A DNA stretch of 63,987 bases, the filler included, from Octopus bimaculoides (lineage: Eukaryota), in NCBI RefSeq assembly GCF_001194135.2. It is 3 parts of 3 records of this genome, joined end to end, with 100 filler letters (N's around TTAATTAATTAA, not from the genome) between each part and the next. Parts side by side here need not be neighbours in the genome. Positions count along the whole stretch, not along the records: positions 1 to 28,255 come from NC_068982.1; 2 more parts are not named here. One strand, written 5' to 3'. Position numbers and translations under genes: made by a program. The notes below the pieces were generated by a model. That model did no database searches. It was not told the origin of the DNA and worked only from the letters and a program-made list of their open reading frames with translations. Shown piece after piece: positions 13,182 to 26,791 of this stretch (position 1 is its first letter; the number at the start of each line of letters is the position of its first letter).

Positions 13182-14674
13182 GTGAGTGTATGTAGAGAAC
13201 CGTCATCATTATTATTTTAAACCCTTTAGCATTTAAACCAGCCATATTTGACTGAAATATTTTACCTGTTTTATGTTCAAATAGGTTAGATCCAACCTCT
13301 CATGCCTACCATACAATGTCCATTCTAAAAATAAACAATCAAATAATTGAGATCTCAAATCTACAAGAAAATACATGATTAATTCAAAGCAATAGGAATA
13401 AATCATCATCATTCTTATCATTTAACATCCGTTTTCCATGCTGGCATGGGTTGGAGAGCTGTCCAGAATCCAGTTGTCTGTTTTGGCATGTTGTGTACAA
13501 CTGGATGCCCTTCCTAATGCCAACCACTTTACAGAGTGTGCTGGGTGCTTTTTATGTGCCACCGACACAGGTGTGTTTACATGACATTTAATGTTTTAGA
13601 GAGTAATGTAAATGCTAAAGGGTTAACATCTACTTTACCATGTTTGCATGGGTTGGATGGATCAAATTAAGTGAGGTAGATTTTCTACAGCCACATGCTC
13701 TTCCTTTCACCTACCCTCACCTGTTTCCATATGTTTGTGAAGCTAAGATGCTCATCTACAGGCCTTGTAGTCCTGAGTTCAAATTTTATTTGTAGAAGCA
13801 TTGTGTTGTCTCATAAGCAAGACAGCTAACACTTGATCCTGCTTGTCACATTCTGTGTTATGCTGAATCTCCCTGAGAACTGCTTTAAGGGTACATGTGT
13901 CTGTGGAGTGCTCAGCCACTTGCATGTTAAGTTCACAAACAGGCTGTTCCATTGATTGGATCAACTGGAACTCTTGTTGTCATAAGCAACAGAGTGCCAG
14001 CTATTGAGAATAGAGTACGGAGAGTCACTTCCCATGGTTGGCAAAGTGTTCAACGACAACACCAATAACTTTATATCACTTGCTGCCATACAGAGATTAT
14101 TGAAGTATTGGTACATTTTGTTAAGTTTCCCCACTATACAGTTGATAATACTATGTATAATATACGTACGTACATAAATATATAAGTATATTGCTACTAT
14201 AAAAACTACAAGTGGATGTGAAATGACACCTTGTAAAACATAAATTGACTAACGTAGCACATTCTATCACTGATGTAGCAGTGTGTGTGTGTGTGTGTGT
14301 GTATGTGGAAGGAGTGGGGGACAGCTATATATAAACGTTTCTAACATCTTGTGTTATAAAATGCAACCATGAAATACTACTACTACTACTACCACTACCA
14401 CCACCAATAATAATAATAATAATTATAATGATAGTAATGATAATAATATTTGCTGCTGCGACACACATATGTAAATATATATTTGTATATTTTTGTGTAT
14501 ATGTGTGCATGTATGTATATATATGAGATAGAAAGATAGATAGAGAGAGAGAGAGAGCATTAAAAATATTCTCTTGTTATCTTCAACTAAATGAAGTATT
14601 ATTATCTTTCATTGATTTCTTTTATTTATTTGTTTATTGTAGTTTTTTTGTTTTGCTTTTGTTGTTCTTTTTAG

Positions 14675-14773
14675 TGAAATCACTGAAACTGGAAATCGAA
14701 AAAACAAAAGAGAGCAAAGATAAACAGATTGAAGAGTTGAAGAAAGAAATGGAAAATATGTATCAGATGAAGA
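14675..14773 (+). CDS. CEP112: CEP112 internal exon, 3' end lost in N gap (VKSLKLEIEKTKESKDKQIEELKKEMENMYQMK)
   Basis: Acceptor gttctttttag; phase-1 entry completes Val; coiled-coil peptide resembling recalled CEP112 ETKEDQIAELKK; donor not visible. Confidence 0.85.
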
Positions 14774-17700
14774 NNNNNNNNNNNNNNNNNNNNNNNNNNN
14801 NNNNNNNNNNNNNNNNNNNNNNNNNNNNNNNNNNNNNNNNNNNNNNNNNNNNNNNNNNNNNNNNNNNNNNNNNNNNNNNNNNNNNNNNNNNNNNNNNNNN
14901 NNNNNNNNNNNNNNNNNNNNNNNNNNNNNNNNNNNNNNNNNNNNNNNNNNNNNNNNNNNNNNNNNNNNNNNNNNNNNNNNNNNNNNNNNNNNNNNNNNNN
15001 NNNNNNNNNNNNNNNNNNNNNNNNNNNNNNNNNNNNNNNNNNNNNNNNNNNNNNNNNNNNNNNNNNNNNNNNNNNNNNNNNNNNNNNNNNNNNNNNNNNN
15101 NNNNNNNNNNNNNNNNNNNNNNNNNNNNTATATATATATATATATATATTTGTGTGCATATATATACATGTGTGTGTGTGTGTGTGTGATAATAAAATAT
15201 CAATAGGTATGTCTTAATATTTCAGCACTGTTATAGTAATTGATAAGATAGAGTTTGAAATGGCTAAGTATATCTTACAAAACAGGTGGTTTATATATTA
15301 GACTCGTTGGCACATGTTATTGCATCTTCTTCTAAAGAAGATAAAGGCAATCTCTTAACTTTTAACTCATAATTTTGTGTTGGTTGGGAAAAAGAAGAAC
15401 AAGAAGAAGAAGGAGACTGATATAATCATAAGAGTTCAAAGGGAAAAGTTTATTGTCAGGTTTGTAGTTGAGGCATAATGATATTCTGTCTTGTCTCTCA
15501 GTGATGTTTGTAATGGACTGAAGTGTTGTAAAAACATTTCACAGAATCAGTATTGAAGACTCCAGCTTGGAGCTAACTTTCAACTAACATGAAAACTGCT
15601 CAGTGATATAAATATTCTGATGGCATTATAGATGTTAATGTAAACCTGTTTTTTTTTTTTTTTTGAAAGGTATAACATTGAACAACAATCAGATTAATTA
15701 TAAACAGTGGTTTACTCAATCTGCATCCTTGCTTCAATGAGTGATGTAGAGCCTGTGATCTCTGAAAAATATAATATCTTCTCAGTATCTGTCAGACAAA
15801 ACCTAATGTTAGTGCACTCATTATGAGCTTTCTTAAGAAAGCTGTTAGTCTGTCTTTTCTCGCAGGTAATTGGTTTAAACTAAGAAAGAATTAATATACT
15901 TCAAGTTGAAAATATACTTTTTTTTGGTTGGAGGTGGAAGTTAGCTTAATTATTGATTTCAAATTTTGGCACAAGGCCAGCAATTTCAGGGGTGGTGGTA
16001 AGTCAATTACATCAACCCCAGTGTTCAACTAGTACTTAGTTTATCAACCCCAAAAAGTATGAATGATAAAGTTAATCTCAGTAGAATTTGAACTCAGAAC
16101 GTGAAGATGAACTGAGTTCCACTAAGCATTTTGCCTGGCATGCTAACAATTCTGCCAGCTCACTGCCTAGTTAGCTTAATTATTGAAAACAAGAAGAGTA
16201 AAATAGCAATTTCTGTATCTAATTTAATGCAGGTGCATCATGAAAAGCCAAATTAAATGCAGTATTTGTTGGAGAAAGTAACTTTTATTGTTGTACAGTA
16301 TTAAATGACAAAAAAGAATATCAGTAGCAGTGGTGATGAGAATGGTAGTTACGCATTTCTATCTGTTTGAACTTCACCATTGGCAACCACAGGCTAAGAC
16401 AAAATCCATCATCATTGATACAGGAAAACAGTGATTGAAGAGATATTATCTCTAGATGATTGCCACAGTTGATTTGGCTTTCCATTATGTACACATATTA
16501 CTATATTTATTAATGTTTCTTTTCACATAATGAATTTTTATTCAGCTGGCCAGCTAATTGCAACATCAGTGACAATGGATTTTGTTTTAACATGCAGTTG
16601 CCAGTGGCTGCTTGATACTGAGGAATCCCAAGAAGACATCAATGTACAACTAGAATTATCACCACTGCAGCTGAATAATCTTCATCTGCTACTGATATAG
16701 TTTTGTGTTTCTTTTTACACTGTATGACTATAAGAGATATTATTTCAGAATGAATACTACAACTAATTTGGCTTCCCATGATGTATCTGCATTAAATATG
16801 ATACAGTGATTGCTATTTTAAACCAATACTGCTTCTGTTGCACATAACAAAAGAGGAGAGGGAGAGAAGTAAAGAGAGTTATGTAAGAGATCATGAGGCA
16901 ATGTTTGTGAAGCTAAGATGCTCATCTACAGGCCATGTAGTCCTGAGTTCAAATTTTATTTGTAGAAGCATTGCGTTGTCTCATAAGCAAGACAGCTAAC
17001 ACTTGATCCTGCTTGGTCCAGTTTACTTGACTGACTGCAGGTATGGCTGTGTAGTTAAAAGTTGTCTGCTTCATGACTATGTGGTTCTGGATTTGCTCCC
17101 ACCATGCTGCTCCTTAGACAAGTGTCTTCTACTAGACACCTTAGACAAATGTCTTCTACTTAGACAAGTGTCTTCTACCCCTGTCAACAAATTGTTTGCT
17201 GGTTTGGTGACGTTGGAGACATGTGGAATAAGGGATTCCTTAATTGAAAAACATGGATAAAAACATGCAAAAAAGGCCAAATATTATACATGTATATATA
17301 CATGTGTTTGTGTTCTTATTTTCTCACATGGCTCAGTTATTAGAGTGTCAGGCTCACAAACATGAGGTAGTGAGTTTGATTCCTGGACCAGACTGTGTGT
17401 TGTGTTCTTGAGCAAAACACTTTATTTCACATTGCTCCAGTTTACTCAGCTGTAGAAATGAGTTGCGACATCACTGATGCCAAGCTGTATTGGCGTTTGC
17501 CTTTCCCTTGGATAACAACGGTGGCATGAAGAGGGGAGGTTTGTATGCATAGGTGACTGCTGGTCTTCCATAAACAACCTTGCCTGGACTTGTGCCTTGG
17601 AGGGGAACTTTCTAGGTGCGATCCCATGGTCATTCATGACCAAAGGGATCTTTTCCCTTTCTAAGTATACAAACACTATCATCATGCAATATGTGTTGTT

Positions 17701-18969
17701 TTTGTGCAATTTTTCATGGAAGCATATCTGAATTAGGAGAAATATAACCTTACTTAGAAACAGGTGATGATCGTTGACAGGAAAAGTATCCAGCCATAGA
17801 AAATCTGCTTCAACGAATTTTGTCTGATCCATGCATGCATGGAAAAGTCATCATTAGAACAATGATGATGTTGATAATGATGTGTGTCTGCATGCATGTG
17901 TGTCATTCCGCAGTGTCTTTGTTTGCTGTCTCTGGTAAGCAAAACAAGTGTTCCATAATTTCTGCTTTAGATGCATGAGGACTATTAGAATGCCAAAATA
18001 AATTAATAAATTGAAAATAATAATAATAATAAAAAAGCTCACCTTTTTATCTTGCTCAGAAAGCAACTAACAGTTGGCAACAAAAATAGAAAGAGCATTT
18101 GCTCATCCACCCTGCCACCCTACCCATTTTGGCTGTCTGCTTCCCCATCCCAATATTCGCCTTCCCATACGACCTTGTGGTGGGGGTGGGGGCACTTTAT
18201 CACCATTATCAATCTCTTGCAATTTCTCTCCTGTTCTCCTATTAGACATGAGAAGCCATGCAGGTCCCCTAAAAAGAACCTCCACTGCTGCACTCCCCTT
18301 TGCATTGTCCAATCCCTTCATCCTATGCCATGAAGCTGACCCACCCCCACCAACCTTCAGGTTTGTAGTTCTGCAAGCTGCACAGGTACTTCAATAGTGC
18401 AAGGAGCATGTAAAAAGCACCCAGCCCACACTGTAAAGTGGTTGGTGTTAGGAAGGGGCAGCCAGTCATAGAAACCATGCCAAAACAGATGTTGGAGCAA
18501 GATGCTGTCCTTGGACATATTGGATCCTATCAAAACCATTCAACCCATACCAGCATGGAACATGAACAATAAATGTTGATGAAGATGATGATGATAATGA
18601 TGAAGTTTTGTCTTAGCTATGCTAATATGGAATAATGACTATAAAACTAAACAAATGAGCTGCAAAAATAAAATCCTCCAATGAAATTCTTCCACCCACC
18701 CATACTAGCAGAGAAAAGTGCATGTAAGATGATGGTAGAAAGAAAAATAACAAAAAAACAAACAAAGAAAAAAATAAACATAGGTGCAGGCATGGCTGTG
18801 TCGTAAAAAGATTGATCCCAACCACATGGTTCTGGGTTCAGTCCCACTGCATGACACCTTGAGCAAGTGTTTTCTACAATAATCTCAGGCTGACCAAAGC
18901 CTTGTGAGTGGATTGATAGATGAAAACTGAATGAAGCCTGTCATATCTATCTATCTATCTATCTATCTA

Positions 18970-19012
<43 letters not shown>

Positions 19013-19964
19013 CAAAGAATATATATACATGTATACACACATATATGTACATACTTACATCTACATGTGTATATACATGCATATCAGGGTACAGGACGTT
19101 AGAACAATAAACTACAGNNNNNNNNNNNNNNNNNNNNNNNNNNNNNNNNNNNNNNNNNNNNNNNNNNNNNNNNNNNNNNNNNNNNNNNNNNNNNNNNNNN
19201 NNNNNNNNNNNNNNNNNNNNNNNNNNNNNNNNNNNNNNNNNNNNNNNNNNNNNNNNNNNNNNNNNNNNNNNNNNNNNNNNNNNNNNNNNNNNNNNNNNNN
19301 NNNNNNNNNNNNNNNNNNNNNNNNNNNNNNNNNNNNNNNNNNNNNNNNNNNNNNNNNNNNNNNNNNNNNNNNNNNNNNNNNNNNNNNNNNNNNNNNNNNN
19401 NNNNNNNNNNNNNNNNNNNNNNNNNNNNNNNNNNNNNNNNNNNNNNNNNNNNNNNNNNNNNNNNNNNNNNNNNNNNNNNNNNNNNNNNNNNNNNNNNNNN
19501 NNNNNNNNNNNNNNNNNNNNNNNNNNNNNNNNNNNNNNNNNNNNNNNNNNNNNNNNNNNNNNNNNNNNNNNNNNNNNNNNNNNNNNNNNNNNNNNNNNNN
19601 NNNNNNNNNNNNNNNNNNNNNNNNNNNNNNNNNNNNNNNNNNNNNNNNNNNNNNNNNNNNNNNNNNNNNNNNNNNNNNNNNNNNNNNNNNNNNNNNNNNN
19701 NNNNNNNNNNNNNNNNNNNNNNNNNNNNNNNNNNNNNNNNNNNNNNNNNNNNNNNNNNNNNNNNNNNNNNNNNNNNNNNNNNNNNNNNNNNNNNNNNNNN
19801 NNNNNNNNNNNNNNNNNNNNNNNNNNNNNNNNNNNNNNNNNNNNNNNNNNNNNNNNNNNNNNNNNNNNNNNNNNNNNNNNNNNNNNNNNNNNNNNNNNNN
19901 NNNNNNNNNNNNNNNNNNNNNNNNNNNNNNNNNNNNNNNNNNNNNNNNNNNNNNNNNNNNNNNN

Positions 19965-20007
<43 letters not shown>

Positions 20008-22314
20008 CAAAGAATATATATACATGTATACACACATATATGTACATACTTACATCTACATGTGTATATACATGCATATCAGGGTACAGGACGTTAGAAC
20101 AATAAACTACAGACAACGGAACGAACACATAGGAAAACGGAAAGCCACTTGGAATATCCTTTCATCAGCTGTCTCTATTCTATCTAGACGTTTCGAAGAC
20201 AAGACAGAACGTACTCTAGAATAGTCTCTTCCTGAGTAGTGGATCAACCCACTACACAGAGGATTCCAAGGTGGCAAACACAAACCAAGACAGGAAAAAA
20301 TGAACAGTGAAAACAACATTCAAAAGCCGTAATATATATATATATATGTATGTATATATTTGTGTGTCTGTGTTTCTTCGCCCCCATCACTTGACAACCG
20401 ACGTTGGTGGTGTGTTTACGTCCCTGTAACTTAGCAGTTCAGCGAAAGAAACTCATAGAATAAGTACTAGGCTTACAAAGAATAAGTCCTGGGGTCGATT
20501 TGTTCAACTATAGGCGGTGCTCCAGCATGGCCGCAATCAGATGACTGAAACCAGTAAAAGAATAAACGAATATAAATCATGGATTAAGTCAACAAATCAG
20601 TCCAAGGGTAGGTATTTATATTAATTGACATTTTTTTTTCATATCAACTATCAATGTATTCAGGTCAAAAATAAAATCAGAATTAAGAATCTACTGAATG
20701 GCTACTAAATCAACTTACAAACAGCATTATTATCATTCAGATGATTTTTTTTTTTTTCAAGAAATTGCTGGCTAACTGTCTGAAAACTAAATGGATCAGT
20801 GCACAATCCATAGATTGTACGAAGTCTAAAGCTATATAACCCTATTGATTCAGTGAAAACAAAAGCAAAAATTACATAAAAGGAAAGAGAATGATGTGAT
20901 CCAGTACCTCTCTGTGACTGATGTAAAAACCAAAACTGAGTGGTCTGTCTTTGCACTGGTAGACAGAAATAGCTGGAAATAGCAAAAATAAAAAAAAAGA
21001 GAAAATGAAAATATTGCTAGAGAAGCAATAAGTTCTTTACATTGATTTTCTATGTTAGTGTTCCAGTTAAGTGCAAGACCTTGATTGCCAATATCTGTTA
21101 TCAAATCTCAAGAAATAAACCAACCAATTTTTTTTTTTTTTCTCTTCATGGCTGTGCGGTTAATAAGTAGATTCAGCTCCAGTGCCATTGTGTGGTACTT
21201 TGGGCGAGTGTCTTATGCTATAGCCCTGGGCCAACCAGAGCTTTGTGAATGGATTTGGTTGACTGAAACTGAAAGAAGCCTGTCATGTATACATGTGTGT
21301 GTGTGTGCGCGCACGCGCGTGTGTGTGTGTGTGTGTGGATATATAGTGACTGCTCCATTGTTGGTAGGATCAACAAAGTACTCCATCTAATGAGAGATAT
21401 ATAAAGAAGTAAGGTAAAGGCCCCCTTCGGTCATGAATGACCATGGGATTGCACCTAGAAGGTTGTTTATGGAAGACCAGCAGTCATTTATGCATACCAA
21501 CAGTCACTTATGCATACCAGCCTCCCCTCTCCATGTGACCGATGTTATCCAAAGGAAAAGCAAAGGCTGATACAGCTTGGCATCAGTGATGCTGCAACTC
21601 ATTTCTACAGCTGAGTGAACTGGAGCAACATGAAAAACAGTGTCTTGCTCAAGAACACAACACACAGCCCAATCTGAGAATCAAACTCACTATCTCATGA
21701 TTGTGAGCCCAATGCTCTAACTTACTATACCATTTAATAAACACTGGATTTAGCTTTTATAAGTTTCATGCTCAGATTAGTACAGTAATCAAATGGGCTT
21801 GTATAGCATGCTGTCTAATGTCCTGCAAGTTCAAAGCAGGAAAAGTTTTCCTTTTCTGTTTTCTAAACCTGAGCAACTACTGGATAGTACACAGCATACT
21901 ATACAAGCTCATTCAATTACTGTACAATCTGAGCTTGAAACTTATAATCACTCACATGTAGATCCTGTGTTTATTAAACGTGTGTGTGTGTAATAATCAT
22001 CATTTAACGTCTGTTTTCCATGCTGGCATGGGTTAGACAGTTTGACAAGAGCTGTTCAAGCTCCCTGTCTGTTTTGGTATGGTTTCTACAACTGTATGCC
22101 CTTCCTAACACCAACCACTTTACAGAGTGTACTGGGTGCTTTTACACAGAACCAGAATGGGTGCTTTTTACACAGCAGCAGCACCTACAAGCCTGAGAGA
22201 TTAGGGATGCTCAGTTGGAGGAGGTTGCAGGAGACAAGTCTGTATGCAAGGACAACCACGCTTTTACTTAGCTTGACATGTCTTTTCAAGTACAGGACAT
22301 ATATATATATATGT

Positions 22315-22366
<52 letters not shown>

Positions 22367-22821
22367 GTCCTAGGTATGACTTTAAACTGCATTCCCATAG
22401 TGGGGTTCTAATTCAGGAGTTCCAGGGTTTTGGGAAGTGTGGAACCACCTCTTAGCCACTGTTGCTCCCAGATGTAGTCAGTCCTGGAGTAGTAGCACCG
22501 GGTCAGGGTCCCAGCTATGAGTTAATTAGCATTTCCTTCCAGGAAACGGTCACTCACAGACACTCCAAGCAACCCAGGGCAGATGAGCTCCTTCAGCTCT
22601 TTAGCTGCTCATCTAAGAGAAGGTAACTCCATACAAATCTTGCATCCTGATAACTCTTAGAGTTTCTGGCACTTGTTGCACCAGATCAATACAAATTTGA
22701 TGGACGAGAGAGTGGGACTGGCTCTACACAAACTATGCCTACTGTAATAATAAATTCTTACTATCATGTGAGGGTAATTTATTGAGTGCTTAGAAAAGGC
22801 TAAGGGAGTTTTATGTTAATG

Positions 22822-23205
22822 TGTGTTGGCACTGTCACTCATGACGTCGAGGGTTCCAGTTGATCCGATCAATGGAACAGCCTGCTCATGAAATTAACGT
22901 GCAAGTGGCTGAGCACTCCACACACACACGTGTACCCTTAACGTAGTTCTCGGGGATATTCAGCGTGATACAGTGTGACAAGGCTGACCCTTTGAATTAC
23001 AGGCACAACAGAAACAGGAAGTAAGAGTGAGAGAAAGTTGTGGTGAAAGAGTACAGCAGGGTTCGCCACCATCCCCTGCCGGAGCCTCGTGGAGCTTTAG
23101 GTGTTTTCGCTCAATAAACACTCACAACGCTCGGTCTGGGAATCGAAACTGCGATCCTATGACCGCAAGTCCGCTGCCCTAACCACTGGGCCATTGTGCC
23201 TCCAC
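22822..23205 (-). mobile_element. SINE family B copy
   Basis: Reverse complement of 8563-8949. Confidence 0.9.
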
Positions 23206-23422
23206 TACGGCTAAGGAAGTAAACCCCTAAGATAAAGATGTAGTTACACTTAATTAAGAACTGGTGTCCCCCATTGCTCTGTGGATGCTGCAAACTTTTT
23301 GACTTGTCTTTCCTTTGTGGTGTATCCATGAATGAAGGGCCATGGAAAGAAAGATTAATTCTCTGAATGTAGTTTTGGGGACTTTTTTTTTTGAGGTTTC
23401 TCAGTAAACACTTATACAGTTA

Positions 23423-23920
23423 ATCATCATCATCGTCATTGTCGTTTAACATCCGCTTTCCATGCTAGCATGGGTTGGACGATTTGACTGAGGATTGGTG
23501 GACCAGGAGGCAACACCAGGCTCCAATCTGATTTGGCAGTTTCTACAGCTGGATGCCCTTCCTAACGCCAACCACTCCGAGAGTGTAGTGGGTGCTTTTA
23601 TGTGCCACTGGCATGAGGGCCAGTCAGGCGGGTACTGGAAACGGCCACGCTCGAAATGGTGTATTCTATGTGCCACCTGCACAAGGGCCAGTCCAGGGGC
23701 ACTGGCAACGATCTCGCTCAGATGTCTTACTGGCAAAGGCCACGCTCGAAATGGTGTATTACGTGTCACCTGCACAGGAGCCAGTCCATCTGCACTGGCA
23801 ATGATCTCGCTCGAATGTCTTTTCACGTGCCACTGGCACAAGTGCCAGGAGGGCAACGTTGGTAACGATCATGCTGGTGCTATTTACGTGCCACAGGCAC
23901 AGAAGCCAGACAGCTGCTCT
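23423..23920 (-). mobile_element. 5'-truncated RTE 3'-UTR copy with about 60-bp internal tandem repeats
   Basis: Same sequence as the 3' UTR of the RTE at 35925-36340; roughly 20 other copies in the window (e.g. 940, 1745, 13405, 22000, 37497-38480, 44290, 47895, 49240, 59125). Confidence 0.85.
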
Positions 23921-24625
23921 GGTAACAATCATAAAAAAATATAAATCTCTGCTGGTCATTTTCTTTTTTTAACTTCCTAACCTCAGACGATTTGGCTGAG
24001 CCATTAGAACATAACATAAGGATACCTCATTGCATTTGTTCTAACTCTGCTCTCTTGAGATCAAATCCTGTCTAGGTCAACTTTGCTTTCATCTTTTTGG
24101 AATGGAGAAATAAAGTACCAATCCAAAGAAATGGATTGGTGGAGTTGTTTGATAGTCAGGCAAGATGTCTTATAGTATCTGCCCTACTTGTTAGGGGTTC
24201 TAACAGCAATGCTTGTTATTACACTGGTGCCAAGGTGTATTGGCCCAAGTTGGCAACCATGCTCTTCATCAGTAACATAGGGAGAAGAGGAGATGTTCAT
24301 GCATGGACAACTGCTAGTCTTCTTTAAAATGTCTGGCCTTGGCTTGTACACATAAAAGCTTGACTGACAGAGTCCCTCCACTCTTGTCAACAATCTCGAA
24401 CATCCTGTTAACAAATGATCTTGAGAAAAACATGGTTGTTTTTAAATTCAAACCAGTCTGGCCTTGAGTTTTCAATTGACACTGCAAACATGTGATAGAA
24501 AATTATTTTGATTTTAAATTTGGGATGAAAAATATATCGTATATCGTATAATTGTAGGAACTAATGTGAAAATATTCCATTGCAGTTTGGTTTTCCATAG
24601 AAACTTTTTAAACTATAAACAATAC

Positions 24626-24981
24626 TTTTTTACTTGTTTCAGTCATTTGACTGTGGCCATGCTGGAGCACCACCTTTAGTCGAGCAACTCAACCCCATGA
24701 CTTATTCTTTGTAAGCCTAGTACTTATTCTATTGGTCTCTTTTGCCAGACCGCTAAGTTATGGGGACGTAAACACACCAGCATCGGTTGTCAAGCGATGT
24801 TGGGAGGGACAAACACAGACACACAAACATATACANNNNNNNNNNNNNNNNNNNNNNNNNNNNNNNNNNNNNNNNNNNNNNNNNNNNNNNNNNNNNNNNN
24901 NNNNNNNNNNNNNNNNNNNNNNNNNNNNNNNNNNNNNNNNNNNNNNNNNNNNNNNNNNNNNNNNNNNNNNNNNNNNNNNNA

Positions 24982-25013
<32 letters not shown>

Positions 25014-25180
25014 CATATATACGGTGGGCTTCTTTCAGTTTCCATCTACCAAATCCACTCACAAGGCTTTGGTCGGCCCGAGGCTATAGTAGAAGACACT
25101 TGCCCAAGGTGCCATGCAGTGGGACTGAACCCGGAGCCATGTGGTTGGTAAGCAAGCTACTTACCACATAGCCACTCCTA
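24626..25180 (-). mobile_element. SINE family A, full copy (internal gap)
   Basis: Near-identical to 7033-7437. Confidence 0.9.
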
Positions 25181-26745
25181 CAGTTGTCTTACATCATTAT
25201 CATCCACAACAGTTAATGTCTGTTTTCCATGCTGACATGGGTTGGATGGTTCAGGAGCTGGAAAATTGGATGACTATCCTAAAATCCAATATCTGCTTTG
25301 GTAGGGTTTCTTTAGCTGGAAGCCCTTTCGTTTCAAATTTTGGCACAAGGCCAGCAAGTTTAGGGTGAGCAGGTAAGTCAATTACAGTGATCCCAGTGCT
25401 CAACTCGTACTTATTTTACGACCCTGAAAGGATGAAAGACAAAGTCAACCTCAGCAGAATTTGAACTCACAATGTAAAAACAGACGAAATACTGCTAAGC
25501 CATTTTGAACCAGCATGCTAATGATTCTGCCAACGTGTCATTTTTGCTTTATATTGGTTTCCAATTTTGGCACAAGGTTAACAAGTTCAAGAAGAGTGGG
25601 TAAATCGATTACAACTGATGCCAGTGTTCAACTAGTACTTATTTTATCAACCCCGAAAGCATGAAAGACAAAGTTGACCTGAGTAGAATTTGAACTGAGA
25701 ACATTAAAACAGATGAAAGGCCACTAAGCATTTTGCCCAGTGTGCTAACGATTCTGCCAGCTTGCCACTTTCACTTTAATTATATCTAATATTGCCATCG
25801 AACATGGACACAAGACTACAAATGGAGAACATAGCCATTAAAATGCAACATCTCAACCACCTCCACCACCACCACCACCACCTGTTTCATTAGCAATTTT
25901 GTTTTTATCTAGTTCTGAAGGATGAAAGGCAGAGATGAATGACCTCAGTGGGATTTGAACTCAGAACTTAAAGGAATCATAACCTTATTTTCAATATTAG
26001 CACTGGTTAACCTTACATGTTTTCAAAGAATCTTCCTTGTTTTCTAATACTTACATGGGTTGTCTAGGTTTCGAAACATTAGATATTTACAAGGGCAAAG
26101 TATTATATTACCAAATAACAACAACAATGACAACAACACCACAAAGTATAAACTGGTTTTCGTATGTTTGTTTTTTTTTTGTTTTTTTTTCAATCTTTGA
26201 TGATAATTATTACTATACCAAAAATGTATGAATTAGATTTACTGAGATAAGAAAAAAAAAAAGAGAAAAATACATGTTTTGTTTAAAGGAATATACGTAA
26301 CACACAATGCCTCAAGTTGTGCTTGAAATCAATAGATCAATACTGCAGCACCCCAAGCTACTGAGTTCCTCGAATTTTGACTCAATACCAGATTTTGTGT
26401 GTGTGTGTATGTACATGCACGCATGCACACACATTCATACACATTCACACACACACACATATATACATATTTGTATGTATATATATATACACAAATGCAT
26501 ATACATAATATGTGTGTGTATGTGTGTATATATATATATGTATATATATATGCATGCACACACGCACACACACATGTATGTATGTATGTATATTATAAAG
26601 TTGTGATTGTTAAATCTAAACAAAAACAGAGGCTTAGCTACTCACAAACTTCAACAGCTAAAAATCTTTGAAAAACATAATGTCTATATCTGAAGCTGGT
26701 CTGTTGTTTTATCTCCTATCTCTGGTCTTCTCTTCTCTTTTCCTT

Positions 26746-26791
<46 letters not shown>

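Noticed and set aside
15226-15285. Possible next CEP112 exon (IDKIEFEMAKYILQN, faintly like EMEQEKFDLQK)
   Set aside because: A stop follows a few codons later, the donor is weak and the length is far short of what the orthologue needs.
23596-23900. Regularly spaced repeats as a CRISPR-like array
   Set aside because: Eukaryotic DNA; the units are contiguous tandem repeats of an RTE 3' UTR with no unique spacers.
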